Of a stretch of DNA of 64,000 nucleotides, positions 41,467 to 54,177 are shown in pieces. Positions within the stretch are counted from its first letter, which is position 1. Each line of letters begins with the position of its first letter. A program made the translations under genes and the position numbers. The notes beneath the pieces are model-generated. The model ran no database searches. It was given only the letters and a program-made list of their open reading frames with translations, and had not been told where the DNA came from. Origin of the DNA: a virus; IMG/VR virus record IMGVR_UViG_3300022891_000002, positions 86,361 through 150,360 of that record; one strand, 5' to 3'.

Positions 41467-41967
41467 TTAAGAAAGTAGTTCTAGTTCTTCACCTTCTACT
41501 CCCAAAGGCATCTGTTTCATTCGTTCATCCATTTTCTTATCTTGAGAAGGAGGAATCAACTCATCAGGAGGAAAGAAAGACTCAGGAGAATCTATAATGT
41601 CTTCCACTGTTTCTTCTGTTTGAGGTTTGGCATCTCCTTTTTCTTTAGGAGTATCGAATGTACCCCAATCCACACCAGTAACTTGAAGCTTTATACTGAA
41701 AGACTTCTTTTCGGGCTTATGTGAAAAAGTATACTCATCTAATTTAAAAGCAAACTTTCCAAAAACTTGGAGTGTAGCACCTTTTTTAGCTTTCTTTAAT
41801 ACCGGATGATTACGGTCAGCAAAGAAAGAGAAGTTAGTCCAAAGAGATGACTCGTCTGCATGGTTTTCTGCCATAGTGAAATTCCAAACAGCAGTCCCAT
41901 CATCAAGTATCTTTACTGTAGGGTCGCCTGTAAGATTGCCGTTGGTAATAGTAACTGTTTTAGTCAT
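41467..41967 (-). CDS. ssb: Single-stranded DNA-binding protein
   Basis: GNLTGDP, NFTMA, KKG..LQVFG OB-fold motifs and an acidic tail. Confidence 0.85.
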   Translation of the reverse strand: MTKTVTITNGNLTGDPTVKILDDGTAVWNFTMAENHADESSLWTNFSFFADRNHPVLKKAKKGATLQVFGKFAFKLDEYTFSHKPEKKSFSIKLQVTGVDWGTFDTPKEKGDAKPQTEETVEDIIDSPESFFPPDELIPPSQDKKMDERMKQMPLGVEGEELELLS

Positions 41968-44900
41968 GATTGTTTTTTCTTGTTTTCTAAGTAGTTTATT
42001 AATTCTATCTCGGTCTTAGTCTAGAATTACCCAGCGTTAAATGAGGAAATAATAACTTTTTCGACTAAGCTATTAGATTCTCCTATGTATTCCACTTTTA
42101 TGTTTTCTTTAGATGTCCATCCACTGTAGTGTCCCCAGCTTATATCCTCTTCATCTAAGTAGTCTTTTCTTCCTATAGGGTGAAATTCTAAAGCGCTTTC
42201 TTCATTCTCAGCAGCTACTACAAAAGCATCAAAATCATCATAACCCCAATTATCCGTTCTACTAATCAGATACAATTTCATACTTCCTCCTCTGGGAAAA
42301 AAGAACTATTCTCTTGAGTTTTTTCTTCTACGTCTTCAGACTTAGAGCTTCTACTCTTAGTATTTAGATACGTTTTCATTGCTTTGGAATTAAATTCTCC
42401 TAAACTAATAGCTTTTTTAAACCATTCAAGACTTACTTTAACTGCCTCGTCTAAATGTAATTCATCTAAAAGAGGGTCAACTTTATTTCTCCATGTTTCT
42501 ACTAACTCTGCATTTAATCCTCCTCCTGCTTTCTGCATTCTTTCATATAAGACAATTGCTAAAAATTTAATAATATCTGGTATTTTAGCATCGCTCTTTA
42601 TCATATACCGTATTTGGTCATGACCCGCCCAGTTTGCAACTCTAGGAGTAATAGAAGGTGTAATCTTTCTGCGTTTGTCATCTACATCTATATTAGCTGG
42701 TGGTAAATTCAGAGTATCCTCTGTAAACTTTCCTGAATCAATTAGACTTTGACAAAACTGCTCAAAGGTTAGGTTAGGTTTAGTAGTCTCGAAAATGACT
42801 TGAGCCAATGTTTTCATATTTATCTTTTTCTTTATAAGTGAAATAAAAACTATCTAGCAGTTTATTACTAGATAGCTATAGAGAGTTGAGTTGAAATGAA
42901 ACTAGAATCCTACACCAGAATCTTTTTTACTAAGAGTATAGGTAGATGTTTTAGTAGAAGGTACTTTGATTGACCGTTCAACTTCTTTTCTACCTTGAAG
43001 CAACTCTATTCCGTCTAAACAACCATTATTAAAAGCTGTTACTGATTCTGGGTCACGCATAGGAACCTCTACATGAAAAGTTCCTCTAGTCAATACAGTT
43101 TTAAGTCCTAACCTATAAGAAGCGAATAACCAAGTATCTTCTTCTCTAGGATAGACATCTTTAAATAAATCTTTAATTTCTGTAGTTGGTAGAATCATAA
43201 CGGCTAAGAGAGACACTACTCTAATTCTACATCTTCTTCATCGTCATCAGATAATTCATACCTAAGTTCTTTATTTAGTAAATATTCTGAAACTAAACCC
43301 ATCAACGATACTGCCTCATCCTCAAGTTCTAAACTGTTGAGTTCTTCGCTATTAGTAAGCATTTTCCCTAATTCAGTAAAGAAAATACGAAATGCACTGG
43401 GATAAAGCTCTTGATGTTCAGCTAGCTCAGTGACTACTTCTCTTAAAGCAGATATAAATCTCTCTTTGACTTCTTCACTCAAAGGTAACAAATCAAGCAT
43501 ATAAGGAAAGTAAATGATTGTAGCATAAGTTATAAGCCATATATATATCTCGAATGTGTTTTTCCCTTCTACTCATTAAGGTACTTGTTCCGGGTTCAGT
43601 TGCATAAAACATTTGAGCGTATTTCTCAGAATCAGATACTAATAAAAGTTCTAACTGTTTTCTAGTTAAATGAGAGTTATACCTTATCAACCCAATAGCA
43701 GTTAAGTAAACGTGAAGGTCGGGTTCTTCTTTCATAATTCAGTGAGAAGGAGATGAGTTACCCCACCTCCTAAGATTCTACTACTCTCTAAGACGAGTGT
43801 TCGCTATGCTCGGTTATGCAGCTAACATTGCATTAGTGATTCGGTTATACTTGCTCTCTAAGTCATGAGGCACATCATAGACCTGTTTTCCATCATCTTC
43901 TAAAATGTCACGAAGGAACATCCGAAAATCTACTGACTTGGTTAATAGAAGCATAAACAGGAACTTCCGGCTAAATAGATATGCACCTCCTGAACGGTAA
44001 TGTTTATGGACTTTCTTACAAGCTTCTTTCAATTCTAGTCCCTCATCAAAAACTAAAGCAAGTCCAGTAGAGAGAACATCCTTATTACCAATCTTCAAAT
44101 CTTCATTAGTCCGGAAGATGAAGTTCCTTACTTGTAGATAATGAGCTTGATACTGATTACCAAAGCAATAAGTAGCCAAATCGTTAATGTTGAATGACTT
44201 AGGTAGTTCTTTCAACTCCTCAAATTTAGAGATAAGAAAGTCCTCCATTAAGTTGTTTCTTTCTACTACATCAGATTCTTTGTCAGAAATAGCCAGTTCA
44301 ACGATAGGAGAGATGAAAGGTAAAACGGTCAAAGTAGTATTAGCCATGAGTGATTTTGCTCCAGTTGTTAGGTTGTAATCTGTAAATCAATGCGAGAAAC
44401 TCTTCTTCAGTACAATCCGGATAAGTAATTCCATCAAGTATAGGAGTTACTAACCTTTGTCCTTTCGTTTGTGTTGAGTCTGACATAACCACTCTCCATC
44501 TCTATAGGATAAAAAACACTTAAGCCTGAAACTGTCTCCATTACATCTCTACCAAAGATTGACTCGAGTACCTGAGAAGTTACGTGTTTCTTAGTAGCTT
44601 TAGTTCGTAAAAAAGCTATTAATGTTTGATACTTCTTTTGTACAGGACAGTTGAGCCAAGTAGATAGCTCAGAAAGAAACAAGGCTAAAGTATCATCCCC
44701 ATAAGTAGTGTTAAGGTACATTACTCCAGGTGCTAAGTAAGAGTCTTCAATGCCACCAGGTTTATCCTGTTTGTTATCGTTACGAAAATAAATTCCTGCT
44801 TTTCTACCAACATACTTGTCTACATATTCAGTGGCAGCTACCTCACCTGCTTTAGTTTGAAAATAGAAGACTTTATCTCCTTTCTTGATTACTAGGTTAG

Positions 44901-45206
44901 CTCGAAGTCGGAGTCTCAGTATTGAATTTTTAGGTGTCCTCAGTACCTTATCTACTTGAAGTAACTTACAAGCATTAAGTATTTGTTTTTCAGTACGAGT
45001 ACCTTGTTCAGTACCTACTTTCCTTCCTAAGAACATGAAGTAGTCATTATTAGGTACATAGTTGTGAGAGATACTTCCATCATCTTCTAATCCAATTGAA
45101 GATAGAATGTTGTACTCTTCTAAACTGATAACTGTAGGTTTGTGGTAAAATCCAAAGCTAACCATGTTTTCCTCCTGAGTTAATAAAGTTGTTGCACTTA
45201 GATAGC

Positions 45207-45239
45207 AAAAAGACCTAGTAGATAGTTACTAAGTCCTTT
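45207..45239 (-). terminator. Intrinsic terminator-like hairpin
   Basis: Minus strand AAAGGACTTAGTA...TACTAGGTCTTTTT. Confidence 0.55.
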
Positions 45240-47262
45240 CTACTTCCCTAACATTCTTTACTTATCCAAGCTGCTCTTTTAAGAAATAACAACTCCCAAA
45301 TGCACTCTCATAAGAAGGTTGTTCTTGATTGAACTTCTCTTTGAGGTTAGGTACTGAGTTAAAAAGAGAATCAGATGACTCAAAAGATTGACCGTATCTT
45401 TTCATCTGTAACTCATAATCAGCAAACTCAGGATGATGCTGCATAGGAGGTTCAGTCCAAGTCATGTCTTGAGACTGCCATTGAATAAATCTCTTTTGTC
45501 TCTTTCTTTCAGCTCGAACATCATCTAGTTCATGTAACACCTCTAACAAGCTAGTACGTAAACCTAAGACTTCTTCATCACAACCTAAGTAAAGAGAACC
45601 TTGGTACTTATTGAGAACTTCTGCCCAAATTCGTTGTTCTTTCTTATTCTCTACTATTACTAGCCAGACTTCTAGCTTAGAGAGAAAGAGTTCAATACCT
45701 TCAGGAGTAGTAGAAGCTTCATCAAGTAAGAACAAGATAATCTGTTGAGTTAATCCACGAGTAGTTTGAGAATTGTCTAGTAGATATTGGTAGTCTTCTA
45801 CTGCTTTTTCTAACTGATTATTTCTTCCTTCATCCATCAGTCCTAAGTGAGTGAGAGTAATAACAGACTCTACTTCTGCTAGTTGAAATTCATTGAAGAT
45901 TGCCAAGACATTGTAGTAACTCATGATGAACTCCTAAGTTAGTTAGTTGTGCTACTTACAAGGTTAACTAGGTAGCTGGGTTTAACCTACTAAACTACTC
46001 TTCTCTACCAATCAGTTTCTCTTTCATCAATACTTCATACATATCTTCTATAGTGATAAGTCGGTTGTAAAGGTCTAAAGCTATACCTTTCAAAGTATGA
46101 AACTCTTTTTCTGTAGCGTTCTCAATTGCTTTCTTATCACGTATCCTTGCAAAGTCTTTAGCTAAGTTACTCATCTTCTACCTCAATACGTAATTAAACT
46201 CGTTATCAAATAGTGGACAGTACTCATCCCAATATACTAATGGGTCACGATAAACCCACAGACAAATTTCTCGATACTCAGGTTCAGTACACTTGAACTC
46301 TAGTATAGGCTTTCTCTTAGCTTCTATTACAGCTTTTTGAAAAGAAAACTCTTGCTCATAAATACTCTCTACTAATTCTCTAGTATCAGTTAAGTAAGGT
46401 TCGTAGGGATAAAGACAAGTGGTTGCTTGAGGTACATTACTATCTGGATGTAACTCTACTAAAGCAAGTAGGTTAGTAGATAGTCTTAGAAATCTGTACT
46501 CAACTCTAATGATATTCATGGAAAGTCCTTTAACTAGAATTACTTAAGTAGAAGGCATCTATTAGTTCTTTACTTTATTCGTAGTCCTCTAAGTTTTCAC
46601 CTCTAAAAGTAAGAGTTCCTAAATTTTTCTTTCTTTTTTGGATTTTTCTGACGTGTTGTAAGGTATCAATACACCAATCTAATTCATTCTCCGTCAGCGA
46701 ACATTCAAATACTTCTTCTTCACCTTCCTTTTGGATTTTGAGATATAAGTCATCGATGTGCAAACCAACTTCAATGAATCCTTTATTACTGCTCATTAGA
46801 ATACCTTCTTCTAGTTAGTTGTATCTTCGATAGATGACCCTAATATCTCCTACTTCATCAATATATTCAGTCTTATTCCAAGTAATTCCTTTATGGTCAA
46901 CTGTTTGTGAAGACCTTAGTAGATTACCCTTATTACTATTTACTTTTTCTTTCCAATCGGGGTACAAGTCCTCCTTCTCAATGTGCAAGACTTTATTAAT
47001 ATCTGTTACTGAAGAAACATCTTCTAAAAGAACACAGTAAATCCAGTTATGTAGGATGATTCTAACCCTAATCTTTATTACTGGTTCTGTCTGGTCTACT
47101 AAAGAGAAGATACTTAGTATCTCATTTTCTTTTCTTAGTTCTTCCTCTAATTGATTAGACAAAGCTTCATAACCTCCGTCTATCCAGTGTTTCTGAGCTA
47201 ATTCTGCTTCTAATAGTGCTTGTTGAACGTTAGAAAGAGTAGACATCCTAATCTCCTAAAAA

Positions 47263-47553
47263 TTAAAGAACTTCTAACGCATCTTGGGTTGTAACTATGC
47301 TGTAATCTAAAGATAAGCTATCAACATTATCTATAAACTCCGATATCCAATTAGGATTTGTTAACTCAGAACTGTCATCTAACAGAGTATATGAACCTAA
47401 AACACTTACTACTTTAACTCCTTTCTGATTCAAACAATAAAAGATAGGACAAGAGTGACTGGAATGTTGATAACCTACAAAGTCTTCCGGTTTCTTAGAT
47501 AATAACCAGTCTTTGAATTCTTCTTGAGTTAGTGGGTAGTCGTTAGTAGTCAT
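47263..47553 (-). CDS. Phage paralog family C (also 48651-48962, N-terminus of 49203-49832, 50727-51122)
   Basis: F..WL.SK.....VG......CP(I/L)...NP.W...F...VD...ALEVL. Confidence 0.75.
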   Translation of the reverse strand: MTTNDYPLTQEEFKDWLLSKKPEDFVGYQHSSHSCPIFYCLNQKGVKVVSVLGSYTLLDDSSELTNPNWISEFIDNVDSLSLDYSIVTTQDALEVL

Positions 47554-48204
47554 TCACTTGTTCCTCATTAAGTACACAGTTATAGCTATTGAAGTTACTA
47601 GAATAAGTAATCTCATAGTCAGGTAACTCTTTTCTTAGTTCTAGTAGAATAGATAAACCTTCTATTTCACATTTAATTTGGTCTACTTTCCACCACTTAT
47701 ACCTATAAGCTTTAGTTGCGCGAAGCTTCCAATCTCGGAGTCTTAATACTAAGTCTTCTTTTATACCTAAAACTTCAATAACTTCTTCCCAACTAAGATT
47801 TAAAGAGTATCTCCAAAAAGGACTTCCACCAACAGTAACATTTCCAGAATCATCTGAGACAGAAAGTTTAATTTTCTTCATTAGTTATCCTCTGAGTCAT
47901 GTTCTAGAAAACAACCTAAGTATCTACTGTAATAATCCACGGAATACTTACCTTCTAACTCCTCACGTAACCTTAGTAGAAGTTCTAATCCATAAATCTC
48001 AAAGTCAATAGCTACTTTTTGACTAGCTCGATAAGATAAAGTATTGAACTCATCAACCCACCTGACTAAATCTAAGTAGAGTAGTCTATCAGATTCTACT
48101 AACTTTTCTATTTGGAACCAACTGAGATTACTACCTTCTTCCCAGATAGGTGTAAGTCCTGACTCACAATCCTCATCTACTAAACACAATTTAATTTTCT
48201 TCAT
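47543..48204 (-). CDS. Tandem paralogous hypothetical proteins (47543-47881, 47881-48204)
   Basis: Both start MKKIKL and share P.W, NLSW, L..W, EI.GL..LL.LR.EL. Confidence 0.65.
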
Positions 48205-48649
48205 ACTTTTCAGCTCTCCAAAATTGGCAGTGAATCTCAGCTTCAGTAGCTAACCAAGAAGAATAAGGTTTCTCTAGTGACTCAACTCCTTTAGTTATTG
48301 CTTCATCAAAGAAGTAGACTTCAGGGTCGTCACCCCCATCTAATAGAAAGTAACTAAACTGATAATTTTGACGGAAATGGAAAACAAATGCGTTGTTTGG
48401 TAGAAGTGGGTATCCTTTTTCTTTTAGTAACTCTTTAGCTCTAACTTGAAGTTTAACTAAATAACTATATTCAGCGTAACAATGTAAGAGAAATTTCCTA
48501 GTAGATTTACCCATCCAAAGTAGAAACTCTTTATAAGCTTCTGGAAGAAATATATCTAACTCTTTCTCTAAATCAACTATTTCATCAATTCTACATCCTG
48601 ATACTTTAAGGTCACGTAATAGATGCTTAGCTCTAGTTAGGTAGACCAT
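48191..48649 (-). CDS. SMI1/KNR4 (SUKH) family immunity protein
   Basis: GC..DEI..LEKEL...LPEAYKEFL..MG, DDPEVY. Confidence 0.9.
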   Translation of the reverse strand: MVYLTRAKHLLRDLKVSGCRIDEIVDLEKELDIFLPEAYKEFLLWMGKSTRKFLLHCYAEYSYLVKLQVRAKELLKEKGYPLLPNNAFVFHFRQNYQFSYFLLDGGDDPEVYFFDEAITKGVESLEKPYSSWLATEAEIHCQFWRAEKYEEN

Positions 48650-48951
48650 ACTACAATCCCTCTTCTATTTCATACAAAACTTCCAACGCTTTTTTAGCAC
48701 TAACTTCTGCACCACTCACGTTATAGTAATCTACTCTACGTGTAAACTCTTCTACCCAATCTGGATTAGTATATGTTATCCATTTTTCTATCTGAGTAGC
48801 TGTGGTCTTGTAATCCACGTTAACTTCCTTGTAACTTTCTTTTAAAACAGTAGCTATGGGGCAGCTTTCAGAGTTACGTACTACTCCTACTGTTTCATCC
48901 TCCTCTTTACTTTCTAACCAAGTCCGAAAATCTTCAATTGTCAAAGGATAA

Positions 48952-49832
48952 TTAATAATCATAAGAACTATATCTCCAAAAAATTGACTGTACTTTATGT
49001 CTCAAATATCTATCTTCTGTGTTCTCAGCTAAGATATGTACTTGAAATGTATATCTCTTAAACTGATATCGCTCTCTATCAGATAAATCATTCCAAGTTA
49101 AGCCACACAAACAAGATAGTAACTCTGTAGCTCTCAACACTAATCTATCTTCCACGTTACTATCTAAGAAACGTAGAATAGCTTTTAACATCCAACCTCC
49201 AGCTAAGGTTCTCCATTTTCCATCTCTCTCTCTACTTTTACAAATAAAGGTTGTGAAGGTAAGTCTAGGAAAATAGATTCTATAAATTCATTTTGCTGTG
49301 TAACTGAAGTATACGAGCTATTAGTAGAAACAACTAATTCTTTCTTCTCGTATAAAGAGAGAAGTTCTCCAATAGACATAGAGTAAGAATCTTTAGAAAA
49401 TAATTCTTTAGCTTTCTCGATTTCTTGCATCCTTTCTATATCTACTGCTTTCCCCACATCTTCTTCTACCTCAGTTAAAACTTTTAATGCTTGTTTAGCT
49501 GTGATATTTACAGGTTCATCTCCTAAAGTATCTCTGTCTATCTTTTCTATAAATCTATTTACCCAACGAGGGTTACTGATACAGAAATTAGTATTTAACC
49601 TTGTAGAACTCTCCTCTGAGTCTATTACTACTGTTTCCCATTCATTTTCTTTCTCATTGCTCGAAGGCGAGGTCTTACTAAGCTCGACTATAGCTGTTGC
49701 AATTGGGTCATTTCCGTAAACAAGACTTTGACCAACTACAACATTTTCCTCTTTAGACTCTAGCCAAGCTCTAAACTCTTTCTTAGATATTTGATACCGT
49801 TCCTCTGACAATTTCTCACTAATCACAGTCAT
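48952..49832 (-). pseudogene. Family C module fused to a degenerate DUF262 domain, split by a 2-nt frameshift in an (AG)n run
   Basis: YSMSIGEL..LY, FIESI.L.LP..PLFV, then in the shifted frame DGKWRTLAGGWMLKAILRF running into ORF 48952-49191. Confidence 0.7.
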
Positions 49833-49905
49833 ATGTTTATCTCCTTACTAAAAGAAATGCTCATACTGTCTCCAATACAAGCACTTCTAATTCATCAACT
49901 ATTTA

Positions 49906-50664
49906 CTAAGAACCAAATCCTAACTCAATCGCGTTCTCAATTACAGGTAGAAAGTCTACTGGGTAGCAAGCTATGGGTGCGGTCTGCTGTTTACCACTCT
50001 TGTCTACATAACGTTTAACTGTTTGAGCAGGTTTTTTCCCTGTTAGATTCCTATAACCAACCGCTGAAAACATTCCTATGGCTCTACGTTCATCATTACT
50101 AAATTCTCTGTCATAACGGGCAAGTACGTCATCTAATGTTAGAAATCCGGGCAAAGCTTTCTCATTCTCTGGATTAATTGCAAAGTTATTAATTCGTTCC
50201 TGGCCGGGTTTATCTGCTGCGTACTCCATAACAGCAATCATTTTTCCCATATACTCATGTGCCTGTTTAGCTCGTTCTAACTCTGTTTGTGGTTTAGGTT
50301 TTTCATAACCAGAGACTTCTTGAAACCATGCACGAATACCTACGGCAGCAAAAGCCCTAAATAATGTAAGTGCTACTTCTGATTTATCTTGAGCATCAAA
50401 AGCATAGTATTCTATTATACATTGAACAGCTACGTCTGGAATACCGTTTGAAAGCTTCCGGTCTACACCTAAGAACCCTTTAGCAGTAAGTGTTTCAGCT
50501 AATTTTTTAGCCATACGGTCTACACTTAAAACACTTCGGGAAATACCTAGAAGCTCAGCTAAACCTTTCTTTGTAATACTGGCTTTCCCTTCTTTATCTA
50601 CAGTAATCTCACTACGGATACCTTGAAGAACTTCAGTCATCTGAGAACTAAGATTGTTAGTCAT
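49906..50664 (-). CDS. Putative DNA-binding / antirepressor-like protein
   Basis: N-terminal HTH-like GLAELLGISRS, IIEYYAFDA, GIRAW; own extended -10 (TGGTATCAT on the minus strand near 50702-50710). Confidence 0.55.
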   Translation of the reverse strand: MTNNLSSQMTEVLQGIRSEITVDKEGKASITKKGLAELLGISRSVLSVDRMAKKLAETLTAKGFLGVDRKLSNGIPDVAVQCIIEYYAFDAQDKSEVALTLFRAFAAVGIRAWFQEVSGYEKPKPQTELERAKQAHEYMGKMIAVMEYAADKPGQERINNFAINPENEKALPGFLTLDDVLARYDREFSNDERRAIGMFSAVGYRNLTGKKPAQTVKRYVDKSGKQQTAPIACYPVDFLPVIENAIELGFGS

Positions 50665-51091
50665 GAAGAAAATCTCTTTCGTTATGCTATTACTATTCTA
50701 TATGATACCAGCTAATTAGTCAAGAGTTACCAAGGACAATTATCTTTCTTTCCGCAATTAGTTCCTTCTGGATTGTACTGATTGCAAACTGTACAAATAT
50801 AGAGATTGTTAACTACTTCCAAAGCATCTTTAACTGTTATAGTATCTCCTACTTGTCGATTGTTATCTATTTTAGATACAAACTTCTTTACCCAGTCAGG
50901 ATTATCAATCCAACTTCCAGCAGCCACAGGATAAGCATAAGTTCTATTTGAGTAGACTTCAACTTCGCTATTACCTTTATCTAGTAAATAATTAGCTAAG
51001 GGACAGTATCCACAAACGAGAGCTTCCCCTACAACTTCATTTTCATCTTTACTTTTTAACCAAGTACAAAACTCATCTAGATTTAAAATAG

Positions 51092-51565
51092 TCATAAGTA
51101 AACCTCTACATCGTATTTGCAATTCGCGAACTCCGAAGTAAATACACCCAAAACCTTATCTATTTCCAATCCACCTTTTCCACAACCTAACATTGGTAAA
51201 GCTAGTAACGGAGTTGGGTATTTCCCGTCTGAATACTTCTCTTCAAAAATAGTAACTAACTGTTTAACTCCTTTCTCAATCCATTCCAACTTAGAAGGTT
51301 TCTTCCAATCCTCTTTAGTACAGAAGTTGATAATAGAACGCTCACCGTTAATTACTTTAGAAGCTTCAGGGATATACCAAATTAAGTCTCCTCCTTTTGG
51401 TGAAGATTTAGAGCAATACTCGTGATAATACTTAAAGTTCTCTGGGAACCTCTTCTTCATTTCTAGCGCTAATCCAGCTCCCATAACTCCTTTACAATTA
51501 ACAGGGTTAACGATAAAAGCAGCAGAACTATCAAAAATACTTTCATTTCTTCTGTAAATAATCAT
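51092..51565 (-). CDS. Macro domain ADP-ribose hydrolase, DarG/Poa1p-like
   Basis: IVNPVNCKGVMGAGLA, IINF.TK.DW, PMLGCGKGGL. Confidence 0.9.
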   Translation of the reverse strand: MIIYRRNESIFDSSAAFIVNPVNCKGVMGAGLALEMKKRFPENFKYYHEYCSKSSPKGGDLIWYIPEASKVINGERSIINFCTKEDWKKPSKLEWIEKGVKQLVTIFEEKYSDGKYPTPLLALPMLGCGKGGLEIDKVLGVFTSEFANCKYDVEVYL

Positions 51566-53706
51566 TTAGGTCACACTTTGATTTTTCAACTTTTCGTTTG
51601 TTAGAAACAGTCTCACCTTTCCAAGACCAGCTATACTTAGACCACTCGTACTTACCTCTATAAATAAACTTTCTAATAGAATTTTTAAAGAATCTGTTAT
51701 TTATTTTGTTAGTGTTAGGTTTGAATAAGATGTCTTCAGGATACTCACCTTCTATTCTATTCTGGTTTTCAGGTAGAAGCTTACTATATACTTTATTAGC
51801 TACTTTTTGAGGAATTACTTTCTTCATGTATATCTCCTTTTCAAATTAGAAGGACTCTCTAAATTATCCCAATCATCTTCATAGATATCTCTAGCTTTAT
51901 CTCCTAATCTTCTATTACCTACTGACTTACTAGAGAACTTATGATTTTGTTTCTTTCTACCTGTTGAGATAACAGCAGAAGGAGGAGACTTAAATAGCTT
52001 ATTACTTATTACTAGAGACTTGTGATTATAGAGAATATCAGATGAGTTACCTCCATTCCCACGAGCTTTGACTAACGCTTTAATAACTGTTCGTCTTTTG
52101 TTGAGTAATCTAGGTAGTGTTTTCCTATTCATCTTAGTCTCCTTATTAGTAGATGTTTATACTTACTCGCTAATCCATTCCCAAAACTCAGTTAAGTCAT
52201 TCTCAATATTGATGTCTCCTGATTCTGTTTGTCCTGTCCAATCATCTTCTTTCATCCCCCACTGAGCATAGTAATCTATTTCCTCATCAAGTGTGTAGAT
52301 ATGTAGTTTCTTCCCATTATTCCACCATTCTAAAACTATTGCGTCATCTACGTTACTCTTAAATATGGAAGGAGGATACCACCATAATTTATTAGCTTTA
52401 GCAGTGGAGTAAAGTTTATTTACTAGGTTATTAGCAGTAATGAAAGTTTGGTCAGAAAGGAAATTGTGCTTCTCTCTTAACTTAAGTAGTTCAATGGATA
52501 TCTTACTAATGTCACTCATGTTACTCTCCTAATCAAAGTTTATTTCAAAATGGTAATCGTCAAGACCTACTAAATACGCTAACTCTTCTTTTAAAAACTT
52601 AGAGACATATCCTAGTTGTTCTGTTGTTCTTACATAGTAATCATCCCCACTTAAAGAATATAGTCCTAACTCATGTAATCTAGTAAAGTCAGGATTCTCT
52701 AAAGATTGTGTACCTACTAAGTGATTATCTTTAAAACAACTAATTACCGGGTCTTTAGTTATTCTTGGATAGAAAGAACTAACTTCAAGAGGCACATTTC
52801 TCCTAAGTAGGTACAAAGAGCGTTCGGAGGCAAGTAACTTAGCTAACAAATCTTCTGCTAAGTCCTCAAATAAACAATTATCAGCAAACTCAGTATCTTG
52901 TAACTTCTCAAATCTTTCTTTTAGTTCATGATATGACATAGTTTTAATGGTTATATGGGTAGAGTTGGTATACTAATGCAAGTAACGTAACTCCTAGAAC
53001 TACTTGAAGCACACTATCTACCGAGTAGTCCTTAGTAATAGAGTTAATAGTTCTGTCACTAATCCCAAATAAAAGACTAGACACTGTAATCCACCAGCAA
53101 TTTAGCTTACTCATAAAAACCTACTTTATTAGGAAATAAGGGTTCTAAATATAGAAATAGTTTTTCAGCTACTTCTCTTATTACTACTTGACTTCTTGGA
53201 AATTCAAAATACCAGCTTTGAAAATATTTATCATTTTCAGCAGTAAAGTTACCTTTTACTTCCCAGCTATAATCCCACAAAGCTTTTGCTAATTTACTAA
53301 GTTCTTCTTTATCAAGTCTCAAAAACCCACCGATAGTTACTTCAACATAGTAATCTTCTAGCTTTACATCATCATGAATCTTAATTAGAATTTTGTTGTA
53401 TTTGTCCATAAGATTAGTCATCGTTTTTAATCCCAGTTAATTCTTACTGATTGTGAAGGTAAGAGTTTATTAATTAGTTGCTCAATATCAAACGCTAAAT
53501 ACTCTAAGTTTGATGAGGTAGTCTCAAAAGTCCAATATTGTGTCTCTTTAGACTTATAAGCAGTTAAACTACCTTCTATATCTTCACTAAAATCCCAGAA
53601 AGCATTAAGTAATGAGGTTACTTCTATTTTGCTTAAGAAAACTTTAGTAATACCTACTTCAATCTCATTTTTGTTGCAATTTACAACTAATAAGATAAAT
53701 TTATTA

Positions 53707-54177
53707 CTACTCATTTTTGTTCTTTCTATCTACTAAATAAAGACCGATAGCATCAATAGTATCTAACTCCTTTTTAGGAATCTTAGATGTATCTATCTCT
53801 TTAGCAACCCAGTACCTAACATCATCTTTACTAGCGTTACCTTTACCAGTAAGCTGTAATTTCATTGATTTAGGAGAAATACACCTATACTTAGTAGAAT
53901 GTAAGTAACAAAGCATCTCAATTAAGCCAACTACTTTACTTAAGTTAGAGCCATTAACTCCTGCTAATACAGGTAACTCTACTAAACAATCTTCTATCTC
54001 ATGAACAAGAAAAAGATTAGATAAATATTTGTAAATACTATCTAACCTTTCTCCATTATCTTGTTTAGGTGAAGTATGATAAGTACCGTAACTAATGAGC
54101 TTAGTATCCTTACTTATTGCCCAACCTAATCTAGAAAAACCAATATCACAGTAGAAGGTAGGTAATTTGTTACTCAT
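53707..54177 (-). CDS. ruvC: Holliday junction resolvase RuvC
   Basis: DIGFSRLGWA, LVE, P...K..LTGKGNASK..V, DAIG. Confidence 0.9.
   Translation of the reverse strand: MSNKLPTFYCDIGFSRLGWAISKDTKLISYGTYHTSPKQDNGERLDSIYKYLSNLFLVHEIEDCLVELPVLAGVNGSNLSKVVGLIEMLCYLHSTKYRCISPKSMKLQLTGKGNASKDDVRYWVAKEIDTSKIPKKELDTIDAIGLYLVDRKNKNE

Noticed and set aside
44434-45165. PD-(D/E)XK nuclease-like motif (ANLVI...FQTK)
   Set aside because: The expected catalytic Asp is missing and the similarity is too short to call.
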